Source: a virus
Virus record (IMG/VR): IMGVR_UViG_3300009093_000036
Coordinates: 96,001-160,000 of that record
Strand: one strand, 5' to 3'
Length of the DNA: 64,000 nucleotides
Shown: piece by piece, positions 34,314-43,891 of the stretch
Layout: the number at the start of each line of letters is the position of its first letter
Numbering within the stretch: position 1 is the first letter of the stretch
Position numbers and translations under genes: made by a program
Notes under the pieces: generated by a model
The model's database searches: none
Told to the model about the DNA's origin: nothing
The model's input: only the letters and a program-made list of their open reading frames with translations

Positions 34314-35638
34314 CGGGGGACCAGAGCTTCGATCGTCTGCAAGCCCCGTCGCGAGTCCCACGTGTCGGGGAACAAGTTGAGGTGCAGAGGGATCTCGCCG
34401 TGCGTCATCTCCATGAAGAGGTGGCCCTCCTTCTGTGCGATGCGGCGCAGCGTCGGGTGAACGCTCTGGCTGGTGCGGAGCTCGACACGATACGCCCATG
34501 CCGGCAGCGACTGCACGACGTGGCACGTCACCTGGAAGCCCATCGCGATGTACGACTGCCTCTCGACGTCGCTGACGTTGAGCTTCTTGATGCGCTCGGT
34601 CTGATCCGCCACGAGCTTCTTCGCATCCACTCGAAGCCCCTCCGGCATCTGCTCGTAGTACCAGGGATGGAAGCCCCAGTTCGTGGTGAGCAGAGGCATC
34701 TGCACGAAGCCGTTGCGATGACGCTGAAGATCCCGGAACGAGCCGAAGTCGAGCGAGAACGTCGAGTCGATGACGCCGTACTTCTGAAGGATGCTGGGCA
34801 TCGCCACCCTCGTCGGACGAGACACCAGAAGCTGCATCATCTTCCTGTCGTGCGGCCACTTGAACGCCGACAGGCTGACGTGCACACCCGATGGTGCCGT
34901 GACGGGGAGCTCCTCCGTGTACGCGTACGTCAGCATCACCTGCTTGCGCCACTCCCACTCCTCGGCCGACATCTTGTAGTCGAAGCCGCTGTGCGGGTAC
35001 TGACGATGCAGGGCACCGAGGATCTCGTACGCCATGCTGGATGTACTCGGCTCCGGATGAGCGACGAGCATGCGGATCTTGTCCCGCGCCTGACGCAGGT
35101 TCGTGTGCCACGACAAGTTCGTGTGCGTACCCGCCGGGATGAACGCACGCAGCACGTCGAAGACACGAGCCTTCACTGCCTTCTCGTACTGCTTGCTGTC
35201 TTCCCCGGTCCTCTGCGGGTACGTGCGCTGGACGTGCGCGAGCATCTCCGGGAACGCCCGATGATAGAAGGCCATCCAGTCGAGCTGGATGAGCTGCCCC
35301 TCGACGCCAGCGCTGCCAGGCGACTCGAACTTGGCGTTCGAGAAGTCCATGTAGCGAGTACTCGCCTCCTGACCCGAGTACATCGGATTGTCCTGGACGG
35401 CCTTGGCCATCAGCATCGAGACGCCCTCGATGAAGAGCGTGGTGGTCCCACAGTCTCCGATCGAGGCGTGCCCGTAGCCGACGTAGTAGTCGTCCATGAA
35501 CTTGCCGGAACCCTTGGCCTCCACCTTCGGGAGATGGTCCTCGACACTCGCAGGGCTGCGTGAGTACAGCGCCTGAAGCATCGCGTTGTCCTCCGGATGG
35601 AGGTTGTCCTTGATGATGATCTTGCGGGTCATGTTCAT
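34310..35638 (-). CDS. thyX: FAD-dependent thymidylate synthase (tandem-domain ThyX)
   Basis: LQALYSRS, YYVGYGHASIGD, QEASTRY, DFGSFRDLQRHR, YRVELRT...HP. Confidence 0.9.
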   Translation of the reverse strand: MNMTRKIIIKDNLHPEDNAMLQALYSRSPASVEDHLPKVEAKGSGKFMDDYYVGYGHASIGDCGTTTLFIEGVSMLMAKAVQDNPMYSGQEASTRYMDFSNAKFESPGSAGVEGQLIQLDWMAFYHRAFPEMLAHVQRTYPQRTGEDSKQYEKAVKARVFDVLRAFIPAGTHTNLSWHTNLRQARDKIRMLVAHPEPSTSSMAYEILGALHRQYPHSGFDYKMSAEEWEWRKQVMLTYAYTEELPVTAPSGVHVSLSAFKWPHDRKMMQLLVSRPTRVAMPSILQKYGVIDSTFSLDFGSFRDLQRHRNGFVQMPLLTTNWGFHPWYYEQMPEGLRVDAKKLVADQTERIKKLNVSDVERQSYIAMGFQVTCHVVQSLPAWAYRVELRTSQSVHPTLRRIAQKEGHLFMEMTHGEIPLHLNLFPDTWDSRRGLQTIEALVPR

Positions 35639-35662
35639 GTTCCTAGTGAGTGACCGCGAGGG

Positions 35663-36394
35663 TCAGGTGGGGATGCCATCCATGTCACGGATGGCCTTCA
35701 CCCACTCCGGATCGGTGATGACGATGTCGAAGACGACCCTGTACGGGTCGTCGCTGCTCTCGACTGGACGCACATCGTAGCCGGGCAGCACCTTCGCCCG
35801 CGGGAGCAGCAGCAAGAACTCCTCGATCGTCCGCCGCACCTGCTCGCGCTGCTCGGGAGTGTTGGTGAGCGAACGGAAGCGCTTGTTCAGGCTGCGCTGA
35901 AGGAAGGTCCCCATGCGTGCCAAGTTCTGGGTCTTCGCAGAGCTCCTCTTCTCTCCGAGCACCTTCCGCTCCGCTTCCGCGAAGCACTGCTCGAAGAAGT
36001 CCCACTGCCCGAGCTCCGGCCACGACGTGATGCGCGTCACCGATTCGAGAGCGGCATGGAACAGCGAGATGACCTTCTTCAGGTCCGTCGGCTTGATGTC
36101 GTTGCGCCCACTGAGGTAGGTGAGCTTCTCGTAGAGCGTGGCGGCCAGCTTCTTCGCGACCTCACGCTCCTCGACAACAGCAAGAGCGTCGTCGTTCGAG
36201 ATCTTCAGCCGCTTCTTCAGCGCCTCGACATCACCTTCGCTCTTGGCGAGGTCCTTCTCCAGACGGCGATTCTGCGTCACGAGGTTCTGGTTGTCGCGGA
36301 GGACTTGGTTGAACGCCGCCTCCTTCCTCGCCAGCAGCTCGCGCAGCTCGTCCGTGGTCATCGTCTCGATGTTGTCAGCCTCAAGTCTGCTCAC
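35663..36394 (-). CDS. coiled-coil hypothetical protein
   Basis: Heptad-rich N-half. Confidence 0.7.
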   Translation of the reverse strand: MSRLEADNIETMTTDELRELLARKEAAFNQVLRDNQNLVTQNRRLEKDLAKSEGDVEALKKRLKISNDDALAVVEEREVAKKLAATLYEKLTYLSGRNDIKPTDLKKVISLFHAALESVTRITSWPELGQWDFFEQCFAEAERKVLGEKRSSAKTQNLARMGTFLQRSLNKRFRSLTNTPEQREQVRRTIEEFLLLLPRAKVLPGYDVRPVESSDDPYRVVFDIVITDPEWVKAIRDMDGIPT

Positions 36395-36969
36395 TTCTCG
36401 CTCCGATCGTTGTGGGCCATGGATGCCGTAGGACCAACCTGGCCCTGGTACTTCGAGTTGGGCTTCACGCCGTAGGGCTTCTCAGCCGCATGATCGAGCA
36501 GCTCGAAGCTGAGCTGTCCGATGCGCCATCCGATCGGAATCTCCAGGGTGTGAGGCCCGACGTTCGCGAGCTCCAGCGTGATGGTTCCGCTGAACCCCGG
36601 GTCGATGTAGCCCGCGCTGTGGATGATGAGACCCAACCGGGCCAACGAGCTTCGTCCATGGAGCGTACCGAGGAGATCTGGTGGCAACGTCACTTTCTCG
36701 ACGGTCGAGGCCAGCCAAAACTCGTTCGGCTTGATGCGGAAGTAGTCGCCCTCCTCGACCACGACGTCCTTCATTCCTGTCGCCGCATCCCATGTGCTGA
36801 GGTTGACGACGTACGAGTGGGCGGAGAGCTCGCGGCTGAACCGCTTGAAGTGCCCGCTGAGACGAAGGTCCAGGCTCGCCGGCTGGATCTGCTCGTCGCT
36901 CGGAGCCGGGTCGCACTTCAGCCAACCGGAGTCCAGCGCTTTTCGGATGGAAGAGTCACACAAGATCAT
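36391..36969 (-). CDS. dcd: dCTP deaminase
   Basis: QIQPASLDLRL, GRSSLARLGL, IDPGFSGTITLEL, KYQGQ. Confidence 0.95.
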   Translation of the reverse strand: MILCDSSIRKALDSGWLKCDPAPSDEQIQPASLDLRLSGHFKRFSRELSAHSYVVNLSTWDAATGMKDVVVEEGDYFRIKPNEFWLASTVEKVTLPPDLLGTLHGRSSLARLGLIIHSAGYIDPGFSGTITLELANVGPHTLEIPIGWRIGQLSFELLDHAAEKPYGVKPNSKYQGQVGPTASMAHNDRSEK

Positions 36970-36977
36970 GTTGATTC

Positions 36978-37460
36978 CTACGCGTCGGAGATGGTCGGTC
37001 CGTAGACCTCGACCGGGATGAGGGAGGGGAGAAAGCTCGTAGCTGGGTGCGCAACCCCGAGGTCGCGGAAGAGGAGGTGCTCTCCCGTCTTCGGTGCGAT
37101 GTAGACTCGCATGCCCCCGTACTTCTGGTCCATGTAGAGGACGACCGACCTCTCCGGAGGGGCATCGTTCAGTGCGATGTCGAGCTCACAGAGGATGCCG
37201 GCGACGGTACCCTCCGACAACTTGACCCCAGCTCGAACCGCCACGGCGAACCTTCGCAGGTCGTCGAGCGAGTCGATCGGATTCGCGGCGTTGATGATGC
37301 CGCAGCTCGACCGCGGCTCCTCCGAGCTGTCCTCGGTCGCCGTCATCTTCTTCGTGCCGACCACGAACCCCGTACCGAGCATCTTGACCTGCTCTCGGTA
37401 GTTCTTGTCTGCACCTTGCATGAGCTGCTGAAGCAGCTCTTCGACTGTGAACTTGGCCAT
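36978..37460 (-). CDS. hypothetical protein
   Basis: Start MAKFTVEE at 37460. Confidence 0.6.
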   Translation of the reverse strand: MAKFTVEELLQQLMQGADKNYREQVKMLGTGFVVGTKKMTATEDSSEEPRSSCGIINAANPIDSLDDLRRFAVAVRAGVKLSEGTVAGILCELDIALNDAPPERSVVLYMDQKYGGMRVYIAPKTGEHLLFRDLGVAHPATSFLPSLIPVEVYGPTISDA

Positions 37461-37479
37461 GTGTACATCCTGGCAAAGA

Positions 37480-37508
37480 GAAGGGAGAGGCGCGTGGCCC
37501 CTCCCTTC
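37480..37508 (-). terminator. intrinsic terminator
   Basis: GAAGGGAG...CTCCCTTC plus TCTTT. Confidence 0.65.
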
Positions 37509-37515
37509 TTCTACC

Positions 37516-38115
37516 TCAGCCGATCGCGAGCAGCAGGAGCGACCGATGGTCACCCTGACGACCGCGCCGGTTCTTCTGCTTCCTCTGGTTCTGCTGCTGT
37601 TGCTCGTGCTGACGCTGCTGCTCCTGACGTCCACGATGGACTTCCGCCGACAGCTTGTTGGCGAAGGGGCGCTGCGTCAGTGGCTTCTTGCTCGGGGGAG
37701 GCAGGGCGGCCTGCTTCTTCGCGTACTCGTCGAGATGCACCAGCAGCTCTTCGAGCACCTTGCCGTGGTTGAACAGGTCGGCCGGAAGTGCGGTCTCGAC
37801 GATGTTGTTGGGGAGGATGTCCATGTCGTCGACGACCTCGACATCTCCTGCTTCGGTCTGCATCCGCTTCGCGATGCGAACCGTGAGGAACATGAGGAGG
37901 CGGAACCCCTTGTCCGGATGCTCCAGGACCATGACCCGCAGACGGGTGCGTCGGTCCTTCGTCCCTTCCGCGTCAGGCTCGATGACCTTGGCGGTCCAGC
38001 CCATCGGCAGATGCTGCATCACCTCGATCGCGCTGCGATTGAGCCGGTTCTCCTGACGCGGTCGCTGCTGCTGGTGATGGGGACGTTGGTTGTTGGGGTT
38101 CGTGTTCGTGTTCAT
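37516..38115 (-). CDS. hypothetical protein with Q/N/R-rich disordered termini
   Basis: MNTNTNPNNQRPHHQQQ...; GAGGAGG RBS; GCCTATCA motif at 38136-38143. Confidence 0.65.
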   Translation of the reverse strand: MNTNTNPNNQRPHHQQQRPRQENRLNRSAIEVMQHLPMGWTAKVIEPDAEGTKDRRTRLRVMVLEHPDKGFRLLMFLTVRIAKRMQTEAGDVEVVDDMDILPNNIVETALPADLFNHGKVLEELLVHLDEYAKKQAALPPPSKKPLTQRPFANKLSAEVHRGRQEQQRQHEQQQQNQRKQKNRRGRQGDHRSLLLLAIG

Positions 38116-38158
38116 GAAAGACCTCCTCATCTCTCTGATAGGCGATTCATGAAGCGAA

Positions 38159-38644
38159 CTACGCGAGGAACGTACCTCGCACACCCCAGAAATCTTCGAG
38201 AGCTCGGACGTGCGAAGCAAGCAACTCGGAGATGAAGAGCGTGGGCATCGGTCCTGCACCACGAGCTCCACGCATCCTGCGCTGCAACTCCGCCGCGCTG
38301 TACTCCTTGTCGGGCTTGATGTGCTTGCGCCAGGGTCCCGTGATGGTGGAAGCAAGTCGTGTCGAGAAGAGCTGCGTCGTCTTGAAGGTTCCACGGTCTT
38401 CGTCGATCGCAGCAGCGTTCGCTGGAGGAGCGAGTTGGCTATCCGCCAGCAACACCATGATGTTCGCCAAGCAGTGCTTCTGTCGAACCTCCTCGCTCAG
38501 ACCAGAGAGCCCGCTGACGAGCTTCGCGTTACGACGCACCTCTTCGTCTGTCGTGATCGTGGTGAGGAAGTTGCGCAGGTCTTTCTGTCGGACGTCGTCG
38601 TCTTGGAGCTTCATCACAAGAAGCCCGAGCTCGTCCGGGCTCAT
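38159..38644 (-). CDS. hypothetical protein
   Basis: Coupled start MSPDELG. Confidence 0.6.
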   Translation of the reverse strand: MSPDELGLLVMKLQDDDVRQKDLRNFLTTITTDEEVRRNAKLVSGLSGLSEEVRQKHCLANIMVLLADSQLAPPANAAAIDEDRGTFKTTQLFSTRLASTITGPWRKHIKPDKEYSAAELQRRMRGARGAGPMPTLFISELLASHVRALEDFWGVRGTFLA

Positions 38645-38925
38645 GCTGCCCTGAGCTGCGACATCAGCACGAGGTCCCGAACCTGAACCTCCAGAACATC
38701 CTTCAGCTCCAGCGTGAAGGCGATGTCGGCGAGCTTGTGGCGCCGACCGTACTCCGCCCACGCGATGGTGACGGCGGACTTGTTCTTGAGGTCTTCCATC
38801 AGGTGCAGCAGCTCGACGTCGCGGAGCTGCGCGAGGATGGTGTTCAGGTTGAAGAGGGTGGTCGGTCGATAGAGCCAGGTGAAGAAACGGTAGAGCCGAG
38901 CGCGGTCCGGCACGTTGTTGTTCAT
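38641..38925 (-). CDS. hypothetical protein
   Basis: Operon packing. Confidence 0.55.
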   Translation of the reverse strand: MNNNVPDRARLYRFFTWLYRPTTLFNLNTILAQLRDVELLHLMEDLKNKSAVTIAWAEYGRRHKLADIAFTLELKDVLEVQVRDLVLMSQLRAA

Positions 38926-38927
38926 GT

Positions 38928-39299
38928 TCACACGTTCGCGTTGAAGTCCCATTGGTCGAGCTCGGTCCAGCCTACTTCGCCGAGCTCATCGTTCGTGACC
39001 GTCGGATAGACGGCGTCCTTAGCCTGCGTGCGCAGGACGTCATCGACATCCGAGCGCGTGATAGGCCGATCGAGCTGAAGGGTGAATGTCTGCGTCGGAG
39101 GCCACCCCAGACCGATGTCGATCCTCGAAGGCGCCTTGCCGCCGCGTTCCATCCACCTGATGAGGAGGAAGAAGCGGCGCACGCCGTTGGAGGAGTCGAT
39201 GCTCTTCTGGAGGGCAACGAGGCCGTCCCTGTCGGTGCGGCGCCCGAAGGCATAGTCGAGAAGAGCTTCGTACTGATCGCGGTTGATCGAGATGGCCAT
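38928..39299 (-). CDS. hypothetical protein
   Basis: 123 aa ORF. Confidence 0.7.
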   Translation of the reverse strand: MAISINRDQYEALLDYAFGRRTDRDGLVALQKSIDSSNGVRRFFLLIRWMERGGKAPSRIDIGLGWPPTQTFTLQLDRPITRSDVDDVLRTQAKDAVYPTVTNDELGEVGWTELDQWDFNANV

Positions 39300-39308
39300 G
39301 CGCGGAGT

Positions 39309-39659
39309 CTACTCCGTTCCCTCGTCCCTTTCATTCTCGGTGCTGGGCGTCGATTCCGCGGCGAACGCTTCGTAGCCCTTCAGCAGAGCATCGGCGTACG
39401 TCATCTTCCGCAGCGAGGGGTTCAGCCCCTTCAGGTAGACGTGCTCCTCCAAGCAGTCACCGCAGACGATGGGGCCACGAATCATGCGCTCCTCGCGCTC
39501 GGGGTTCCCGCCCTCGTTGTCCCACCACGCCTTCAGGTCGGTCTGCTTCACGACGACGCCCTTGAGGTTGATCGTCCCGCCCTTCTTCGAGAGCGGCAGC
39601 GCGAGGCTGGCCTGGACGTGGCAGAGGAGGTTTTCAGACTTGCATCCTTGGCAGCGCAT
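39309..39659 (-). CDS. zinc-ribbon-like protein
   Basis: MRCQGC...CGDC...H. Confidence 0.65.
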   Translation of the reverse strand: MRCQGCKSENLLCHVQASLALPLSKKGGTINLKGVVVKQTDLKAWWDNEGGNPEREERMIRGPIVCGDCLEEHVYLKGLNPSLRKMTYADALLKGYEAFAAESTPSTENERDEGTE

Positions 39660-39694
39660 ATCGATTCCTTCGGAAATACAGAGAGGTTTGGTCA

Positions 39695-39712
39695 CTATAA
39701 GGAAGATGAAAG
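39695..39712 (+). promoter_or_regulatory. CTATAAGGAAGATGAAAG promoter-like element
   Basis: Identical to the 9923-9940 element; directly precedes ORF 39719. Confidence 0.55.
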
Positions 39713-39718
39713 GACAAC

Positions 39719-40447
39719 TTGATGTTCACGAAACTCAAGGAAGAGAACCGAATCAAGCCGGTGAAGAGAATGCCGGCGGAGCACGAGCTCCGGGTGCAGC
39801 TCATCAACCCGGCAGGCATGACCCCCGACGACGAGGCCTTCCTCAGCCTGCTCGCCGAGCACCCGCCGAGGACGAACATGAAGGTGGGGGATCTCGCTCG
39901 ACTGCTGGAGGTGCCGAGGCATCTCGCAGGTCAGGGCCCGTACCCGAACATCTGGGAGGTGCGGCTGGTCATCAGTCGGTACCAGTTCGAGCTGCATCGG
40001 ATCGTGCATCAGACCGGAGGCATGTTCGACTTCGCGGTCGCACAGATCGAAGCGAGTCGTCGACTTCCGCCGTACAGGTACCACGACCCCGTGTTCTACG
40101 CGCACGCCTTCCCGCACGGCCAGTGGCCGTCGAGCGCGGAGTGGTTCCCAGGCTGGTGCCTGAAGAAGCTGGTGCTGCGAGCTCCGACCCAGGACTGGGA
40201 GCCCATCCTCGACGAGTTCAGTACGCCGTACATGGGGTACGACCCTCGCGACTTCGGCGCCGGCGTCGTCTTCGACCTCGCCCCCGACATCTACGCCGAC
40301 CAGAGGCAGAAGGCACGCCCCCTCGGCTTCGAGGAAGACAGCTTCCACCGAGCCTGTCTCCTCGGCCTCGAAGAGACGTGCATGGTGCCCTCCGTCGACG
40401 GCGACATCGACGTCACGGCGTCGGACATCATGGACATCTGGGGCTGA
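39719..40447 (+). CDS. hypothetical protein
   Basis: 242 aa with its own promoter element. Confidence 0.7.
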   Translation: MMFTKLKEENRIKPVKRMPAEHELRVQLINPAGMTPDDEAFLSLLAEHPPRTNMKVGDLARLLEVPRHLAGQGPYPNIWEVRLVISRYQFELHRIVHQTGGMFDFAVAQIEASRRLPPYRYHDPVFYAHAFPHGQWPSSAEWFPGWCLKKLVLRAPTQDWEPILDEFSTPYMGYDPRDFGAGVVFDLAPDIYADQRQKARPLGFEEDSFHRACLLGLEETCMVPSVDGDIDVTASDIMDIWG

Positions 40448-40466
40448 CATAAGACAAGGAGTTCTG

Positions 40467-40724
40467 ATGGATCTCGTCAACAAGTTCTTCCGGCACTACA
40501 AGGGCGGCCTCTATTTCGTGATCGCTGTGGCCACGGACTCAGACAGAAAGAAAGACGGAGATGACCTCGTCATCTATCGCGGAACCGACGGCCGAGTCTG
40601 GTATCGCCCTCTCACCGAGTTCACCGAGACCGTGTCTTATGGTCGGAACATCCAGAGCATCGGAGGACAGGACTTCGACCTCGGAGAGATGAAGGGCCCT
40701 CGCTTCACTCCCGAGCTCACTTGA
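40467..40724 (+). CDS. DUF1653-family protein
   Basis: FRHYKGGLYFV, VIYRG..VWYRPLTEF. Confidence 0.85.
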   Translation: MDLVNKFFRHYKGGLYFVIAVATDSDRKKDGDDLVIYRGTDGRVWYRPLTEFTETVSYGRNIQSIGGQDFDLGEMKGPRFTPELT

Positions 40725-41313
40725 TGTAGCTGTCCGCCCACTCACCTGTGGTCTTCGTGTAGTAGTTGGAGACGATCTGAGCACCGGCGAATCGACGAGC
40801 CAACCGTCCCGTGACGATGGCATCGTCGAGCGCCGCGTGCTCGGTCTCGTACTCCAAGTTGTAGTGCTCGGCGAGCTCGGTAAGCTTTGCCCTTCCCTTG
40901 TGCCCCATCTTCCGCGCCTCCACCATCGTGCAGAGGGTGAAGATATTGCGCGGCCACTGACGAGGGTCGACCTGCTGGGCGAGCATGCGCGAGTCGAAGC
41001 CGAAGTTGTGGGCGACGATGGGGTAGCCACGAAAGAGAAAGTTGTAGCACTCGCGAGCGACATCTCTCCAGCGCGGGGCGCTGGCGACCATGGAGTCGGT
41101 GATGTTGTGCACCTTCGTCGTCTCGGGAGGGATGGGCCGTCCGGGATTGATGATGTGGTGCATCGTGTCGACGACGCGGTTCCCCTCCATCAGCACTGCC
41201 CCGAACTCCACGATCTTGTCCTCCTTGCTGAAGCCCGTCGTCTCCAGGTCGTAGATGATGATGGGGACGCTCATCCACGTCATGGAGGCGATCTTCGTGA
41301 TGTCGATGTTCAT
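40717..41313 (-). CDS. DEDDh 3'-5' exonuclease (DnaQ/epsilon-like)
   Basis: YDLETTG, VAHNFGFD, HAALDDA. Confidence 0.92.
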   Translation of the reverse strand: MNIDITKIASMTWMSVPIIIYDLETTGFSKEDKIVEFGAVLMEGNRVVDTMHHIINPGRPIPPETTKVHNITDSMVASAPRWRDVARECYNFLFRGYPIVAHNFGFDSRMLAQQVDPRQWPRNIFTLCTMVEARKMGHKGRAKLTELAEHYNLEYETEHAALDDAIVTGRLARRFAGAQIVSNYYTKTTGEWADSYIK

Positions 41314-41975
41314 TCGTTCTCCTTGGGTACCTCACCATGCAACGTCTTGTGCACGGCAGCGTCCGGGTTGATGAAGGCTGCGTGCATCGCCTTCACAGCG
41401 ATCACGCAAAAGCCCTCTACCTCCTTCATAGGGAGGATGAGGCCCTCACCATCACTCGTCGTGGGGAGGCGTGCGAGGAGATCACGAACTGCCTGCGCAG
41501 CAACGGCTTGCCGTGCAATGAAGTCGGGGGAGACGTCCTCGACAAGATCATGATGTTCTTCGGGGTTGCGAAGCACCGACGAGAACTGATCCTCCCACAT
41601 CCGCAGGATGATCAGCATGAGCTGACCAGCGGGGAGGAACCCCTTCGCGACGAGGACACCACGCCTCGCATACTCTTCGGCGAGATGCTTCGCCGCATCA
41701 GCAGCACGAGCGTGGAGCTCTGCGGTCTTGACTCCCTGCGGCTCTGGCATCGTGTGCTCGACGAGAGCCTGATCGAAGAGGACCTTCGCCACTACCTCCG
41801 CTACTTCGAGGATCATCCCGATCTCGCAGTGGTGCTGAAGGATCTTCTGGACCTTCGGGTTGAGGAGACCAGCTCCCTTGACCGTACCGAGCAGATGCTG
41901 GAGGGACATGGCGGCGAGCATACGCTCGTCTGCTGTCGGTAGCAAGAAGGAGTGAAAGGAGTGATTTTCGACCAA
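41310..41975 (-). CDS. hypothetical protein (true start probably ~41920)
   Basis: 221 aa ORF; the first codons coincide with a repeat unit. Confidence 0.6.
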   Translation of the reverse strand: MVENHSFHSFLLPTADERMLAAMSLQHLLGTVKGAGLLNPKVQKILQHHCEIGMILEVAEVVAKVLFDQALVEHTMPEPQGVKTAELHARAADAAKHLAEEYARRGVLVAKGFLPAGQLMLIILRMWEDQFSSVLRNPEEHHDLVEDVSPDFIARQAVAAQAVRDLLARLPTTSDGEGLILPMKEVEGFCVIAVKAMHAAFINPDAAVHKTLHGEVPKENE

Positions 41976-42200
41976 CTTCGAGGTCGATGGTCTTCAGCCT
42001 TTCCTCCTATGGCTGAATCGAGTAAAAGGAGTGATCTTTGACACGACCCACCAACACTAACCCTTTTGACACCACAATACCATTACCCCTCACTCTACCC
42101 TTACACTACTTACTCTCTTTACTACTTTAATACTCTTCTGAGAATCAGAGGAAGGTGTGGAGAAGGGGAGGTGGTGATCCAAAATCACTCTCTTTACTCT
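41950..42200. repeat. divergent intergenic region with ~21-nt direct/inverted repeats and a G-poor core (candidate origin)
   Basis: GAGTRAAAGGAGTGATYTTYG at 41950 and 42020, inverted copy at 42180-42199; only 3 G in 42041-42140. Confidence 0.55.
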
Positions 42201-42230
42201 TTCCAGCTATGAGGTAGAAGAGGAGACGCG

Positions 42231-42788
42231 ATGCCCCAAGACAAGCGAACCCACTTCACGGACAAGGAGAAGGATGAACTCCTCGACCCTCTCCGCATGG
42301 ACATGGCGAACGGCATGACCGACGATCAAGCTGCGACGCTGACCGGCATACCTCTTCGTTCGGTGCAGCGCTGGAGGTTGCAGCATGGTCTGAAGAGACC
42401 GAGAGGCTTCGAGTCGAAGGAGCTCGCCGACATCTACGCGATCAGCACTCTCGGAGAAGCTCTCGGTGATGTCCGGCATCGTGTTCAACACAGTCCGGTC
42501 TCGGGGACATGGGAGCCTCCGATGTTCGTGGTGCGCGAGCACCTCGACTACTCGCTCTTCCTTCGGCTCATCGATGCAGCGCATCGTGTCCTCGGCCTCT
42601 CCCCCTCCGACATCAGCTCCGCCATGGGCGTCAGCCCTCGCAGCGTTGAGCAAGGTCTTGAGATCTACACCCGGCACCTCAACACCACCACGAAGAAGTG
42701 CCTGATGTGCGAGTCGTTGGTGGACCCGAATGTCAACTCGAACTTCTGCACCCAGCTCTGTGAGGAACTCTATGTCCGGTCTCGCTGA
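42231..42788 (+). CDS. helix-turn-helix protein with C-terminal CxxC...CxxxC finger
   Basis: MTDDQAATLTGIPLRSVQRWR; second HTH-like LSPSDISSAMGVS; CLMC...FCTQLC. Confidence 0.7.
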   Translation: MPQDKRTHFTDKEKDELLDPLRMDMANGMTDDQAATLTGIPLRSVQRWRLQHGLKRPRGFESKELADIYAISTLGEALGDVRHRVQHSPVSGTWEPPMFVVREHLDYSLFLRLIDAAHRVLGLSPSDISSAMGVSPRSVEQGLEIYTRHLNTTTKKCLMCESLVDPNVNSNFCTQLCEELYVRSR

Positions 42789-43347
42789 TACCCTCGAACA
42801 TCAACTTCTGCTCCTCACCCGTCCGGTGCGTGCACTGAAGCGCTTCGGAGTGAAGGATGCATTGAAGGAACGCTTCGAGCACACCTGGCACCAGCGTCCG
42901 CTCTCCTCACACTGGGCGGCAACGATCGGTATGTGGGGAGGTGTCCACAGCCACACCGAGATCATGCAGCGCTCGAACACGGACTATGTAGCCCTGAAGA
43001 ACTTCAAGGCGCAGAACGCCCTCATCACGAGGGTCGGCAACATGGCTGCGCGCAAGCCACAGTGGACGCTCGCCGTCGACGTCTTCGTGAAGTGGCAGGC
43101 GGAGAAGGAGCGCAAGGTCCCGCTGGAGGAGAAGGTCTTTTCGATCTCCAGTCACTTCGGCATCCTTCCGATCGAGGCACGCATCTACATCGACCACGTC
43201 ACGGACATCTGCAAGGACGTCGGCTTCACGCCCGTCGAGCTCCTCGACAACTATGACGTCATCGAGTTGGTGTGGGATCAGCACCTCGCGATGATCGACG
43301 CGGCTGTCGTTTCGTCGTACCGTCCAACAAGCCATGCCGACACCTAA
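42772..43347 (+). CDS. hypothetical protein
   Basis: Start MSGLADT, GAGGA RBS. Confidence 0.65.
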   Translation: MSGLADTLEHQLLLLTRPVRALKRFGVKDALKERFEHTWHQRPLSSHWAATIGMWGGVHSHTEIMQRSNTDYVALKNFKAQNALITRVGNMAARKPQWTLAVDVFVKWQAEKERKVPLEEKVFSISSHFGILPIEARIYIDHVTDICKDVGFTPVELLDNYDVIELVWDQHLAMIDAAVVSSYRPTSHADT

Positions 43348-43834
43348 GAAGCCGTACGAGGACTTCCTCAAGGCGCATCTTCCGAAGCTGCCGGACTTCA
43401 TCGAGACGAACAAGCCTCGGCTGACCCCGACGTTCGAGCTCGGCCCGCCGGTCACAGCGATCCACGACAAGTCCCTGATCGAGGTGTACTTCCCCGACCT
43501 CCGCCCGCTCGTCGCAGATGTGTTCGGTCGCCCCGAGCACTACAGCGACGCCCAGAAGGCGATCGTGAGTGCGCTCGAACAGAAGAAGCCTCTCCCTCAC
43601 GGGACGACGAAGCAGGACCTCGCCGACATCGTGTTCCGCTTCACGGAGAAGACGGAGCATCGGAAGAAGCGGGAAGCTCTCATCCAGACCGCCCAGAAGA
43701 AGATCGAGAAGGCGATCGCGGAAGAGGAAGACCCCACCATCAAGAAGATCTTGGAGCGTGACCTCCCGACGTTCGAGAAGCAGGACTTCCCGGCGATGAT
43801 CGGGACGTCCGGCAAGGACATCAAGATCATCTAA
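43334..43834 (+). CDS. hypothetical protein
   Basis: 166 aa ORF. Confidence 0.75.
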   Translation: MPTPKKPYEDFLKAHLPKLPDFIETNKPRLTPTFELGPPVTAIHDKSLIEVYFPDLRPLVADVFGRPEHYSDAQKAIVSALEQKKPLPHGTTKQDLADIVFRFTEKTEHRKKREALIQTAQKKIEKAIAEEEDPTIKKILERDLPTFEKQDFPAMIGTSGKDIKII

Positions 43835-43841
43835 AACAAAA

Positions 43842-43866
43842 GGCTCCGAGGTTCATCCTCGGAGCC
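43842..43866 (-). terminator. intrinsic terminator ending the structural transcript
   Basis: GGCTCCGAGG-N5-CCTCGGAGCC plus T-tract on the minus strand. Confidence 0.75.
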
Positions 43867-43891
43867 CCCTGCCCCCGCGCCTCTTCCGGAA

